From NCBI RefSeq assembly GCF_018350175.1, contig NC_058373.1:117306001-117370000 (forward strand): a stretch of 64,000 nucleotides of DNA, in the 5' to 3' direction. This document shows positions 12,598-25,989 of the stretch, piece by piece. The stretch is from Felis catus (Eukaryota). Position numbers and translations under genes: made by a program. Under the pieces are notes generated by a model, which had not been told where the DNA came from, did no database searches, and saw only the letters and a list, made by a program, of their open reading frames with translations. Each line of letters begins with the position of its first letter. Within the stretch, counting starts at the first letter, position 1.

Positions 12598-12808
12598 AAT
12601 TTTATTTTTTAAGTTTATTTATTTATTTTGAGAGAGACAGAGACTGCGCGAGTAGGGGAGAGGCAGAGAGAGAGGGAGAGTCCCAAGCAGGCTCCTCACT
12701 GTCAGGGCAGAGCCTGATGCAGGGCTCAAACTCACGGAACTGTGAGATTATGACCTGAGCCAAAATCAAGAGTTGGAAGCCTAACGGCTCAAGCTACCCA
12801 GGTGCCCC
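12598..12808 (-). mobile_element. Can-SINE
   Basis: Full-length antisense copy; TSD tgaa(a/g)tttagctatt at 12583-12597 and 12809-12823. Confidence 0.95.
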
Positions 12809-12972
12809 TGAAGTTTAGCTATTTAAAAATATATGTATATTTGTGTTAAATAAGGGCCATATCAGTTCATCTTTCTATAACGGGTTCTTAGTCTGATATC
12901 CAGTATATACAAATCTTTCATACTGAATAAAGTGAAAATGGAAAGCAGTTTTTGCCAAGAGCCCCGCTCAAG

Positions 12973-13005
12973 GCTGCCACCTGGTGACACAATATCTAAA
13001 TTGCA
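12973..13005 (-). promoter_or_regulatory. Candidate CTCF site (core plus upstream motif)
   Basis: Minus strand reads TGCAATTTAGATATTGTGTCACCAGGTGGCAGC: a core close to CCACCAGGTGGCAG with TGCAA at the usual upstream spacing; binding not shown. Confidence 0.6.
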
Positions 13006-13976
13006 GGAATATGCAACAAGACAGGATGTTGATAGTGAACATCTCAGGCAATACCATGGAGTATTTTAAAGGGGAAAGGTCTTCATAATTACTACAAATA
13101 GTCAACACTTAAGACTTAAAATAGTCCTGCACTTGCAGCAGTACCGTGATAGATCAAGAAAGAATTGATACTATATGATCTGGGGGAAAGCCCCTCCGTT
13201 AAGTATAAATATCAGTAAATATAGTCTTTAAACATTTATACACCACATTTTGTCATGTGGAATCCAGCACATAGTTCTCATCTGGTGAAAGTCATAAAAA
13301 TAATCAGAAAATTATAAAACAGAAAACTGGCCCAAGACTATTCCTTGGAAAAATAAGATACTGCTTTGAGAAATGAAAAAAAAGATAAATGAGCCCTAGC
13401 ATTGGAACAGATTTTTCAAAAATATTGCACACAGAGACCTTTTTTTCCTGTTATGCAAGTTATCTGCTTTGCTATTCTCCAGGGGCTAAAATGTATGCTT
13501 AACCTGCATCTGAATGTTGGCCCCAGGTGTGGGGGGCCTACTGGGATCCCTCAAATCCATCTGGCCTGGTTAAGGAGGGCTATAAGGCTAGATTTCATGT
13601 TTCAATAATTTCTGCCCAGCCACCCTGGGCTGGCAAGTACTGCTCAGTTTATAATAGTGCCTGGCACATGGTGGGTCTGCCGTTGATTGAACTAGTAGGT
13701 ATTCCCGACAGGTATAGACGGCAGCACCGGTGATTAGCTGTAACATAGCCCCCTGGCAGGCACAGGAAAGGCAAGCCTTTTCTGAGCCCCTGCTGCACAC
13801 AAAGCATGTCTCTGCTCCTAAAAGAAGCAGGGTGTATTCAGCCAACTATTTGCACTGGCCCCTGCCAGCACCAATTCTGCATGACCTAGATGTCCCCTTC
13901 CTCCTCTGTTCTGTTAACGCCATATTTGAAGAGGGTGTTCTTTTAGGCTATTTGTGAATTGAATCCTCTAGCATAA

Positions 13977-14159
13977 CAGTGATTCTCAAAGTTTGGTCCC
14001 TGAACCAACAGGATGACTTCACCCAGGAATTTGTTAGAAGTGCAAATTCTTGGGCTCTACCCTGGACCTACTGAATCAAGCACGGAGGGAGGCCAGTAAT
14101 CAGTGTTTTCACAGACCCACCAGATGATTCTAATGCCCGTTAAAGTTCATGAACCACTG
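13977..14159. mobile_element. MER5A (hAT-Charlie MITE), full length
   Basis: TIRs cagtgattctcaaa...tgaaccactg; internal ttgttagaagtgcaaattcttgggc...ctactgaatca. Confidence 0.9.
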
Positions 14160-14299
14160 CTACCTAAGGACTGATGTCAATTCGGCATCACAGTCAGAAG
14201 AGCACAGTTTTTTTTTTACCTATTTATTCTGACGGGTCAGGTGCTATGTTGGTTCTCTTGCAGATCATCTCCTGATAATGATTTGGATTTTCAGAGGCA

Positions 14300-15560
14300 G
14301 CAAATGAATAGGAGGTTAAAAAGGAAGTTTGGGCATTTACTGGTGGGAGAATTATAACACAAGTTCATTTCTTGCCCGTTTTATTTATGCGATGCCTGAA
14401 AGTGGCAGGAACTGCTGCAGCCTTTCGAAACTTTAGTGCATTACACCTGTGCTTCCATTTGAGCCGCCATGTTGGTTGCAGCACTTAAGTAACACATGTG
14501 TTCCCCAGTAAGTGCCATCTTAGCACCGAAACGCTTGAGTTGGATGAGACAAAGAGACTTCCAGTATAGTAGCTGTTGTTAGGATTGAATGTAAAAGACG
14601 TTTGCTGTTTAATTGAATAGAGTGGATGCCGTTGTTGAGTGGCTCACTCTAACCTTTCTAAAAGACAGTTAGCAGCAACTTGATCTTCGCCTTTATGATC
14701 CGTAACCTTTCTTCTCTTAAGACAACCTCAGGCTCAGGTCTCTGTGGACTCAGTTGGCTATCACGGGACACTGTCTCAGAAATACCCCAAAGAAAGCCTT
14801 TCTCTGAGGCGTATTTAGGTTTGTCATCAATGTTAAAAATTGAACTTTCACCCCGTGTATCTTGATCGCCAGAGTCTAAGAACCTCCTGTCTTACAATTC
14901 TCTACCTATATTTGTACTCAGGTGCTCTCTTAATCCTGGAAAGTCTGGTCAAGGGAAGGAAACTTGACATTGTAATGCATGCCTTCGGTGTCTCTACTGT
15001 GCAATGTAATTAAAAATACCCTGCTTTCTTTTTGGTCTCCATTTAACAATAATTTACATATGAGAAAGCTATTGTTGGAAATTTTGCTTAGTTCAGAATG
15101 AGGAATGGGATGTCCCATCCTTGCCCTTCGTGACTAGGTGAGTAGCGAATGAAATAACTGGTTATGCCACCGGGATGGGTAAGGTTCTGTTACCTGATGT
15201 TTTCATCCAGGCCCTTATAATTGCTGTACAGACAGTGTTCAAAGATCTTTTGTGACCATAAGGCGCTGACAGGACACTCATTTTTGCCATCAGTCAGAGC
15301 TCTTCAAGAGAGCAAATTTCTTGTTACCTAAATATGTCTGCCTTTGAAGAAGAAAAAGCCGAACTGACACCACCGGGATTTGCGTCTCCACGTGTGGGGA
15401 TTCGGGAAACCTGTGTGTGCCATAGAATGTGATGTTGTAGGACTAAGTGGATTCCTTCAGCATAGTACACTATATATAGTCTGCATCGTGTGGAGTGGAG
15501 ACCACGGCAGCCATATTTGGAAGATATCTCAACAATGTGATAAAATCATCAGGTTCTTGC
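14300..15560. promoter_or_regulatory. Repeat-poor island, candidate enhancer
   Basis: YY1-like gccgccatgttg at 14463-14474; E-box cacgtg near 15389; CArG box ccatatttgg at 15511-15520; no recognisable repeats. Confidence 0.35.
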
Positions 15561-18559
15561 TAACCTTGAGCACAAGCAAGCTGGTTCTTGGGTAGTCCTA
15601 CCAACAGTATGAGGCTTTTTTTTTTTTTCTAACCAGCATTTGAGTGCCTTTTCTGTGCCTGATACAGGGTGTAAGAGCAGCTCATGTTACAATTAATCTG
15701 GGTTTCCAACAATTTGTCTTTAGTATATGAATATACAGAGGCAGCAATAGGAATGATTGTTAGTGATGAATGTGTGTGTACTCCCAGATTACTAAGTGAC
15801 CAATTTACTACAAAAAAAAGGAGAAGGGAAATTACTGAGATCTGTTGCTTTCTGCTCCTTGTTTTGCATTATGGTTCAGTTTGGATTTTTGCAACAATTC
15901 AGAAATGAAAATTGTTCTTTCCATAATGATATCAGGGTTAAGTTTTTCCCTATTTTTTCTCTTTAGAAAATGTACAGCTTATTAACTCAAAAAAAAAATC
16001 TTCCAAGTTTTAAAATGCTAGGTTGGTGCTGGGGGTGCAGCCCAACAGCACTGTGGGCTTTTTAATTCAGTGAGAGAGAGAGATGGTGGGTGGGCTATTC
16101 TGGGAAAATGCTGACAGAAACATCCATCCACATTGAAAGTCAAGTGGAAACCTGGTCCAGATGAGAGCAAATTAAAATATGGATGATGTTTTCAAAGAAG
16201 CAAGGAATAAATCACAGAAGTGCACCCACTATTTTAGATAAGGTCAGCAGCAATTTACTAGTATGTGAGAAGGAAAATCCATCCTAGGGAAAACTGCCAA
16301 TGACTGTTTTTAGTTAAATGTTGGAATGGACAAGATTTAGCAGTACTTTACAAAATGTATTCTGAAGCACTTAGAAAGACATCTAGTGTTGTTGTCATTG
16401 ATGAGTTCTTTTTCATACAGCCTCTTGTACATGATATACCTGAGAGAAAGAATAATGGAGGGTTAGTCCACTTCCCATGGCCCACCCTAAGCTAGTACCT
16501 TCTCTGACCACGTGGTAAAGTCCCTATAGCATTTGATGGAGACCATGTGGGGCAGAGGTGGTTGCTTCTGTGGCTGTGGTTTTGGAAATAACATTCTTCC
16601 TAGCCTTCAGATATGCCGTTAGTTACAAGTTTAAGAATCCCCTTCTATTCGATCTGATGGGATAGCCTTACTTTATGCCACTTTAGAATGAGGTCAAGCT
16701 AAATACTATAAGACATGAAGTATTCAATGGCAGTGCTCCGTTTCTGCTGGGACAAAGAAAGCCTGGCTTAGGTAATCTCACTGTACTGTCAGACCTGGTT
16801 GAATTGCCTCTGTCCCCACGAACCTCTTTTATCTTTTACGTTCACATCCATACATCTCTCCTGCAGGTACACCCAACACGCAGTGTAGCCTCTTGTATAA
16901 TTTGTATGATTAATGGACTCTGGGTCTGGCCAATTCCTTGTATTATAGGTCTACAAATTATCATAATAATATAGGCATATGCAGGTATAGTTTTATATCT
17001 GCCTGGTTCCGTAGTGGTTTTATCATTCATTCACTAAGAACAATTATTAATCTTTAACCCCAAGGCAAGACACACAGTTCCAATGTGGCACCTATATAGT
17101 ACATCAATTTACAATAGGGTTGGAGGGGGGTGAGGAGACAGTGTAGTTTAAAGGACATAAATAATACATGAAACCTGAAAACAGGATCGGGGACAGGTAG
17201 CAAGTAGGGAAAGAGATTGCAGAGAAGTTTAAAACCAAAGAAGAAAAGAAATACCCAAGCAAACGTGCTCACATTATCAAATTAGGTGTGAAGAATGCTT
17301 TTCCTTCCTCTGTGAATCTGAGCTGCCTCCACGTGACTGTGTCTGCCTTGGGGATCGAGAGATATGGTAAGTGTTGGGAGTGAAGGGTCTTCATTTTGGA
17401 AGGTATACTTCTGTTGGCTCAAGTCTGGGCAAATATTCTAGATGATCGATGCATGAAAGCCTAATGAGATGCCACTTAGGGGGGTTGTTCATTAACAGTC
17501 TACACATGTAAAGTATTTCAGTTTGCGCCCTCTGTAGTTTCTGTAACATTAGAGTCAGAGGTTTGCCTCTGATAGGAATTTTCTACTTAAAAGCAAACTT
17601 ACTGCCCCTATGTCTTGTCTCTGTGTATCCCCATCTTACACATTCTTCCAGGCACTGGTCAGATGTTTCTCCAGAAGCTTCTTATGGGCAGGAATTGGAC
17701 CTCATTCTTCTTTTTATTCTTTAACAGTGCTTTCCACAAATATGTACCAACTAAATAAGTGACATAATTTACAGAAAGAGTCTATGAGGCTTAGAAACAC
17801 CTTCTACAAGATATTTAGTAAAGCGGTAAAAACAGCGGTATTTAGCAATTACTTCTTCATATAACAAAAGTATTTTAAATACATACATACAAACAACCCA
17901 ATCCGACAAATCACTTAAGGGAAAGCATCGGAATGGTATCTTTGTTACTAGTTACTGAGTTTATAGTTCATTTATGCTTTCTCTGAATATATTTTGTGCT
18001 CATTATGTAATCGCTACAGATAAACGATGACCATTTCCATGGGGATCACTGATATTTGTTTAAAACAACCGGCAGGAGAGAAGAACTAGTGTATATTCCT
18101 TTACATCATTAGTCTTGGGTTTCTTCCGGAGTAGATACAAAAAATGTCAGATTTGCTTTTCGGTCATTTGGCAAAGCTTACCCTCTACCTAAGCACACGA
18201 AGACACCTACTTTCCCTCTACTGGCACAAAGTATTGTTTGCACAGGCAAAGAATTTTGTTAAACGTGTCTACATTTGTTTGCCCCTCCGAGTGTTTCTGT
18301 AAGTGATAACGCTTCATTTTTGCCACATCCAATCTTATTAAACTCACTTCATAGAAAACTCTTGATAACCATCATAATTACACCCAAGTCCTCTCAATAA
18401 CACACTCATTATTTCAGTCAGTATTTAATACCACAAAGGACAATACTACACGAGGAGAGTAGGATGTGGCTGACTGGTGTCTAGTGTGAATTATTTGGGC
18501 GGGGTTATCAAGTAGATATAAATGCTCTACATAAAAGAGATGGTGGTAATTATGAATCA

Positions 18560-18770
18560 TTACAATTCAATTAGCATCTGTACCCAGATGTATTGACCAC
18601 TTTTCAAGCATTATGTGGTTGATCTTCCAAACAATCCCATCAGGGTCATTATTATCTCTTATACCAATGGTAAAAATGAGTCTCTAAAGAGAGGATTGGC
18701 CTTTAGGCAAACTGGTAAGGTGGTGCCAGTGAGCTGAGTCTGATACTTTTGCCTCCAGATCCTGTGACTG
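18560..18770 (-). mobile_element. MIR
   Basis: gatcttccaaacaatccc...attattatctc...aaaaatgagtctctaaagaga resembles the MIR core. Confidence 0.55.
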
Positions 18771-19129
18771 GAGCTGTTGGCCAAGCCCACTGCCCTTGCT
18801 CTTTCATGGACCAAAGCAGATGTCACCATCTGATCCCATTTCTCTCTCACTGAGCCAAGATGAAGCCCAAGAATCCCCAGGGGAGACAAAAGCTGTCCGC
18901 TATCCTGCCCTGTATTCTTTTGGAGTGCATTTTGCTGGGCATTAGTGCAGATGAAATACAGCCAGCGTCTGTGGAAGAACCATATAGTACGTCACCAGCA
19001 CTCTGATATGAGCCTACAAGTTGCCCTGGGTTGAAGGAGGTAGATTTCCTGTAAAAGGCTTTGATTTGTTTATCTTCTCCAGGACTTTTGCCTCCTTTGG
19101 GAGGGGAGAGGTCTTCTGCTAAATACCTG

Positions 19130-19143
19130 CTTTCTTTCTTTCT

Positions 19144-19200
<57 letters not shown>
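19130..19200. repeat. (TTTC)n microsatellite
   Basis: About 70-nt pure pyrimidine tetranucleotide array with two TTC interruptions. Confidence 0.95.
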
Positions 19201-20467
19201 ACAAGAACTTTAATTGGCCAACTTTGAGTGCGCTAAGGTGACCTATTTCTGTCCAGAATAACAAAAACATTCCAGACGACTGACGCCTTTTACTGGGGAC
19301 AGTTTGACCTGATTCTAACCCTCCTGCTCTACTTGCCAAGGAAGACGATCACTGATAGGCCTTAGCGCCGACCACTTTTTATTTCTCTACATTGTTTTTC
19401 TATTTTCTTGCAAAAATAGCAGACTTGTCCAAGTGCCTAGCTACTATGGCAATAAGTGCTATTTAAATAGATGCTGAATACATGTGTCCCAGCTTCAGTG
19501 AGTCAGTGGAAGCAGTTGTGGGATCTGATTGCATAAATGCATGGGAATAATGTTTGTCTCTAGGGCAACAGAACTCCTTTTGAGCCCTGGAGAGGACTGT
19601 GTTCAGATGCAGAAAGGCTGATGTAATGATCATACACGTTCAGGTGGAAGGGTCAGTTTCTCCCTGAATGGAAAATGTCAAATAATGGCCATTTGGATTT
19701 TCTGCACGGTAACCACAGCAAATGCTCAAGAAAAAAGAGAATGAATAGAAAAGCCCTCAAAAAGCTCTAAAGAGCCTGGAAAATGTAAAGCCATCATTAT
19801 TGCTTTATGGTCTTGATTTGTCTAAGCAAAGGTCCTGGCTTATTCAAATATATGTATTGATTTTTTTTAAAATATGCAATTGACATTAAGAAACTTGGTC
19901 CTAAATAAATGAACTTCGCCTGGCAGAATCCTGCTGAACATGTCTTAAATACATTGGGAAACCACACTGCTGTGCGCAATTGCAAACACAAAACTTGGTT
20001 GGCACAATGACATTTTCCAGAGATGTCTCTATCATGTGGCTACAACTGTGCTGTGCTAAATCTACTGCCATAAAAGCTTAGGGCACCTGGGTGGTCTATT
20101 GGTACTAGTTGGTCATTAATTCTGCCATAAACATACACCTTGGTTCCGCAAATGAGATTCCTTCAAAATTGGCAATGGACTTGAGTGCCTGTCCCTGCAC
20201 AGAGATAGGCAGCCTTTTTCTGTCTCAACAGTAGACAAAACAAGGACCAGGCTTGAAATTTTAGTCAAAGTTCAACATTCGGAAGGCCTTCCTGATTTTT
20301 AAACATCCACTAATGTTCCCTTAAAAAGTGGGGATCTTGTAAGCCTTCTCGTTTCCTTCCCTCCCCTACCACCACTCCTGTTACCTTTTCCTTCTTCCTT
20401 TCTTCAGAGATTTCCCATCTATAAAATGGGGGGAAAATGTAACACATTTGAACCAAAACCTCAGGCT

Positions 20468-20917
20468 CCTGGTTTCACCTCTCATGCTGTAAACAAGGTA
20501 TCTTCTTCTCCCTCTATTTGGTGTCACATTTTTTTTTTTTGCATCTTTTGTGCTTTTTGTTGGTGATTTCATTGTTCAAAATGGCCCCGAATCACAGTGC
20601 TGAAGTGCTCTGTCGTGCTCCCAAGTGCAAGAAGGCTGTGTGACATGACTCATGGAAAAAATACGTGTGTTAGACAAACTTGGTCAAGGCGTGAGTTACA
20701 GTGCTACTGGCTGCCAGTTCAATGTTACCAAATCAACAAAATGTATTAAACAAGGTCTTTAAACAGAAAGACACAAACAAACTTTTTGTGTTGATTGGTT
20801 GATGAATATGTGACCAAAGGTTTGTAGGAATCTTACCCTGTGTTTCTCCTAGGAGCAGTGGTTCAATATTCACAGAAGCTTTGTAGAACATAGTTACAAG
20901 TAACGAGAGTTGACTGT
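20468..20917 (+). mobile_element. MER82 (TcMar-Tigger), 5'-truncated
   Basis: ttttgtgctttttgttggtgatttc...aaaatggcccc...gtgctgaagtgct...aacgagagttgactg. Confidence 0.8.
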
Positions 20918-21535
20918 GCCTGGCTTTGGGGTTGCCATGAGGACCACATGAGGTAATGCCTATTGACTTCAAGGTTCCTGGCATGGCTGCCATTGTCATC
21001 ATCATCGGTAGAGGTTGACACGTGGAGAAAGAAAACAAATTACTGATAATTCCAATATTTTACCCCAACACCTGGCTTTATTTTGAGCATTCCTTTCGGT
21101 CTTGGTTTCTCTGTATTCACATTTTTATACAACTTGTTACAACGCATGCAATTTCAAATAATGCTTTTAACTTACTGTTCTGTCATGTGCTCCTTTCTGT
21201 GTTATAAACAGCCTTCATTTCCCTGGTCTTATGGAAGGAAAGTATTCAAAACTTTGTTCCTGGGATGACTTCAGATCAGTCTTTTTCTAGTTTGAGGCTG
21301 ATTAATCCCTCACGATTCCAACAAGTCTTAAAATTCTGTGATTAATTCTAAAAAAAACAAGTCAGCAGTAGAGAGAAGGCTTTTACTGAACAGAGAAATT
21401 TCCTATGCAATCTTTTTATCTCTAGTGAAAACCTGTTTTTTAAGCCAGAGGGTCTGGGGTGTTATTCAGTGGGAAAAGGTTCTGGAAATACAAAGGAAGA
21501 GTAATTCTAACCTTAGTGAAAGCCATGGTCTAATA

Positions 21536-21707
21536 CAGGGGTTGGCAACCTTTGTCTGTAAACGGCCAGATAGTAACCACATTAGACTTTGTGGGCCATA
21601 TGGTCTCTGTCGCAACTGCTCAACTCTGCATTGTGGCGAGAAAGTAGTTGTGGATGATACCTAAACAAAAGAGCGTGGCTGTGTTCCAATAAAACTTCAT
21701 TTACAAT
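21536..21707. mobile_element. MER58A (hAT-Charlie)
   Basis: caggggttggcaac...ctgtaaacggccagatagtaa...ggctgtgttccaataaaactt. Confidence 0.88.
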
Positions 21708-23680
21708 TAAAGTACAATTCCAAACAGAATGTCTCAACACCCAAGTGGGCAGTGCCTTTGTTACTCTGTTCCTTCCACAAAACTTCTAGTATGTGTCAGG
21801 TCTCATGCTGGCTGGTAGTAACACCAGCAAGAGTAGCAAAATAAGATTTTCCATGTCTTGTGAAGTTTACAGTCTGGAGGGGAAGGGAGAGATTGTAATG
21901 AATAATCGTACGAATTAACATATAATTACTTGTGTTGATAAGTGCTGTGAAGGAAGAGACTAGTGGGCAGTGAGACTATATATATAATATATAAGAGATT
22001 CAGGCATAAAGTTAGGGGAAGGAGCTATACCTTGAGGATGCCACTAGAAGCTCACTGCCAAGACAGGGCCTTGATCCTTGTAGAATAAGTGATTTTCATT
22101 AATAAGAACTTGATGTGCAGGCCTAGCAGTGAGTAGATGCTAGCCCTTAATAGATTTGCAGTGGTCATTGGTCATGGAACCAGGGCAAAATAGAAGATCT
22201 CTGCCTTGAGCTAATAACCCTGTAGATGACTGCTCAACTTTTACCCATGGTTATAACAACCATGGCATCTAGATTCTTATTCTAACACTCAGATTTTTTT
22301 TTTTTTTTTTGCCCTTTTTATATAACATCCTTTTTTTTTCTTATGGTTTGACTTACCAACTCCTCATTCACTGACTCGGGGCTGGATTTATTCATGTTGA
22401 CCACTCCCTTAGTATTTTTATTTATTTATTTACTCACTCACTTACCTACCTACCTACCTTCTCATTTACATTTATATTATTGCTTTTTTTAGGAAGAGAT
22501 GAATAGTGTATGGTTGAGACGTGCCCAAGATTCAGGGATGTCCCTTAGCCTTGGGTAACTTGCTGCTTACTCAAACTTCTGGTCTCCCTTACCGACCCAC
22601 CCTGTGTATCCTTTGCCTTGTTAGGGGGGTGCCCATGAGTACCCGCTCCTGCTCCTGCTCTCTCATCACCCTGGGCATATCTAGGCTGCCTAAGCCTAGC
22701 AGCCTTGTGTCTCCTCATTGATTGTCTTTCCCTAGGGAGGGCAGTACACAGAACTCTTTGGAAGAAGCGGTTGTTCTCTCACGCTGGTAAATAAAATGCT
22801 CTACTTCATTGCACTCTACTGACAATTGCAGTGTTCAGTCACTCTTCTTTCCATATGGGAAAGGACTCTTTTCCCATGGTTCGATTCTGTGACTCAAGTG
22901 GGGAATAAGGAGGAAGACATCTTGGAACTCGTATGTGTGGAAGGTAGTGGGAGACAGCTGTTGCTTGCTCTGGCATTCCAGCCACTCCTAGGATTACCTG
23001 AGGTGGCTGTGGCAGAGGAAGAGGCCCCCAGACCAACTGCCCAACAGCTACAGTGGAGAGTCCCTGGGGTAATGTTCCAGACCCCAACTCTCCACTGGAT
23101 GCACTGGGGCAGGGTCTGGGCACCCATATGGGGCTTCCTCAGATGAGAGGTGTTGGGGCATGTATGTGGGAGAAGCCCAGAGACTTCTAGAAGTATATGG
23201 AGCAGTATCTAGGGGATGATGTGTGCTCATCTGAGAAGTGGAGTTATATGGTTTATTACTATTTTAAGTATTTATTATAGTTTATTACTGTTAATGTGAT
23301 CCCAGCTTTCCGCCAGCCTGTGCAGCCCATCAAAGAATGGTTTACCTTGCTAATGTGCAGAAATTCCTGTTTGCACATTTTGTTTGGTTTTGGGTTTTGT
23401 GTGTGTGTGTTTAGCTGTTCAATCCTTACATTAGTCCTTTTGAAATCTCTGTAAGTCCTAGAGATTAGAAATGCTGGTTGTCCCATATAGTGAACTTGTC
23501 AAACTATACTGGGTTTCAGGTAGAAATAGATTTCTCCCTCCTTCCTAGCAATATGTTTATTTTCATAATGGGTTCCATTTTCCATAGAATGCCTTCCCCG
23601 CTACTCTATTTAAAAAAGTATCTCATCAATATTATTCTAACTGAATTCTGTAGTGTCTTTTAAAGGGGGGAAACTTTAAA

Positions 23681-23888
23681 AATTTTTTAATATTTATTTA
23701 TTTTTGAGAGAGAGAGACAGAATGTGAGCAGGGGAGGGGCAGAGAGAGAGGAAGACTCAGAATCTGAAGCAGGCTCCGGGCTCTGAGCTGTCAGCACAGA
23801 GCCTGACGTGGGGCTCGAACTCACGAGCTGTGAGATCGTGACCTAAGCCGAAGTCAGACCTTAACTGACTGAGCCACCCAGGTGCCCC
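23681..23888 (-). mobile_element. Can-SINE (SINEC_Fc-type)
   Basis: Perfect 18-bp TSD aaggggggaaactttaaa at 23663-23680 and 23889-23906. Confidence 0.96.
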
Positions 23889-25989
23889 AAGGGGGGAAAC
23901 TTTAAACGGTGACTCCCTTGCTTAAAGCCCTTCATGGCTCTCCAACCCTCTTCATGAGGGTTAAGGAGCCGGGACTGGGACACAAATAGAAAGAGCGTAC
24001 CAAAAGTCAGTGATCAAGATAAAAAATATTTAATGCACTATTTTCTAAAAAATCTGATAGGCAAACTATGGCTCATATCTGTATTTATAAATGAGGTCTT
24101 GACCCACACTCCTCATGTCTCTGGGAGGCTGCCTCATCACATCCTTCTATCTGCCATGTTAAACTCCATCCACACTGACCTTTGTGGCTACTTTCCTTTT
24201 TGGAACTGCGATGCTTCCTCCGCTCTAAGCCTTTTCATGGGTTGTTCCCTTTTTGCATCCCTCCCTGGGATTGCCCCTGCTCACCATGTAGAACTCACCC
24301 AAGTGTCCCTTCTCATGGTCAGGTGCCTCTACTGTATGTCCTCCAGGAGGTGACTGCCCTTCCTTGAGAGTGCTGGCAAGGAGACACGCACTGGGGTGTT
24401 TTACTTATTGACGTCTAACTCCTCCGCTGACTGTAAGTTCCCTGAGAGTAGGACTGACTCCTTTATACCTCTCTTAGCACAGCGGCTCCCAGCTCGACGA
24501 TTAATAAACAATTGATGGGGGGTTGTCTAATGTGCTTCCGATGTACCCCCTTGATGTTGGGTCTGGGGACTTCAAATGGTTGTTTTCCTGGTGGTGGGAG
24601 CAACATCTCACCTGGTCCACCATTTGTGGGATTCTTTCTCATCTTCATAGCAGATGACAGGTAGACTAGAATGTACCATTATCTCTGCTTCTCTGCCTCC
24701 AACAAATCCTGTGGAGGAGGGATTACGATGGTGAAAAGAAAAATGAAGCCATCGCTCTACAGATGACGAAAATGAGTCGCAGAGAAGTTAACTGACTTCC
24801 CCAGGAGCCTGTAGCACAGCCGAGAACTGCAACGTGGGTGTTACGACTCTGGGTGGGCACCTTGGTCTGCTGTCCTCGGCTCCCTCTGTCAGGAGGAGGT
24901 ACTGAGGGAGGTTCTTCTTTCCCTTACTAGCAAAAGGACAAAGGAGATTAGGAGCCTTTTCCTGACACGAATGCCATGCCAATTTCTAGACCTCCCACCC
25001 CTGGTAATCCCTTAAAACATCCCATTTACACACCTCTGGGCTTCAAGGCTGAATGTTTGGTAGAAGCTCCACAGCGAATAAGAAGCTGGAAAATAAATAA
25101 ATAAAAAGCAATGAAAGGTGTCTCCTCGTAGACGATAGTCTTCTCTCTCTTTTCCGTTCTCTCAGGTTGACTCTGTCCTCTTAGGTTGACTTCGTCCTCT
25201 TCACCGTGAAGAACTTAATTGGAACTGGCTCTCTTATTAGCTCTCAAGTTAATCGGCTTCCACAGAGAGACTGTCTCCTATTAGACTCGTTCACTTGACA
25301 AACCTTCACGGCAGTTCAGCACAGACTGAAGTATGCATCAGTATAAGGACGGAACACTAGGTCTGAGGGGTTCCTTGTGGCCACGGCGGAAGCCCTTGGC
25401 TGCTGTTTGCACTTCTGCCTGAACCCCGCTGTGGTGAAAGGTCAAGCCTGGGAAATACTCCATTAGTAGCAATTGCTCCCTCTAATGAGAGGCCACCTTC
25501 GTCCCCCCCATAAACAGTGCACACCTCAGAAAGGCGCAAGGTAAGATCGCCAAGGGCGTGAGTGTAGAGACTGAAAAAGAGGGCCAAGGGCCCTGGGTCC
25601 TCCAAGGGGAGGAAAGAAGAGAGGAATTAGAAAAAACAAAACAAAACAAAACAAAAAAAACGAAGGAGCTTTGGGAGAAAGACGAGGGGGTGCAAGAAGA
25701 GAACTGGAAGCTGGAGTGAAGAGGGAGAGAGCAGTTGACTGTACCCAAGGCATTCAAGAAGATAGTGATAGGTTGGGGAAGTGAACAAGATCTTTCTTCC
25801 AGGCTACTTCTGGGGCAGCGAGGAATCACCTTACCCCGTGGTCACCATTTCACTGTGGTGTGTAGAGTCACGGAATCTAGTGCTCTCAGTGTGTGCTCAC
25901 TAGGACTGAGCCCTTGGTGTCGGGTGGTATTGCTTATTTTCCAAGGCAGTGCCACTGATTGAAACCATGGGAGACGTCTGGATGCCACA

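Noticed and set aside
22520..22880. LTR-like segment with AATAAA
   Set aside because: No clear termini or TSD, and I do not recognise the family.
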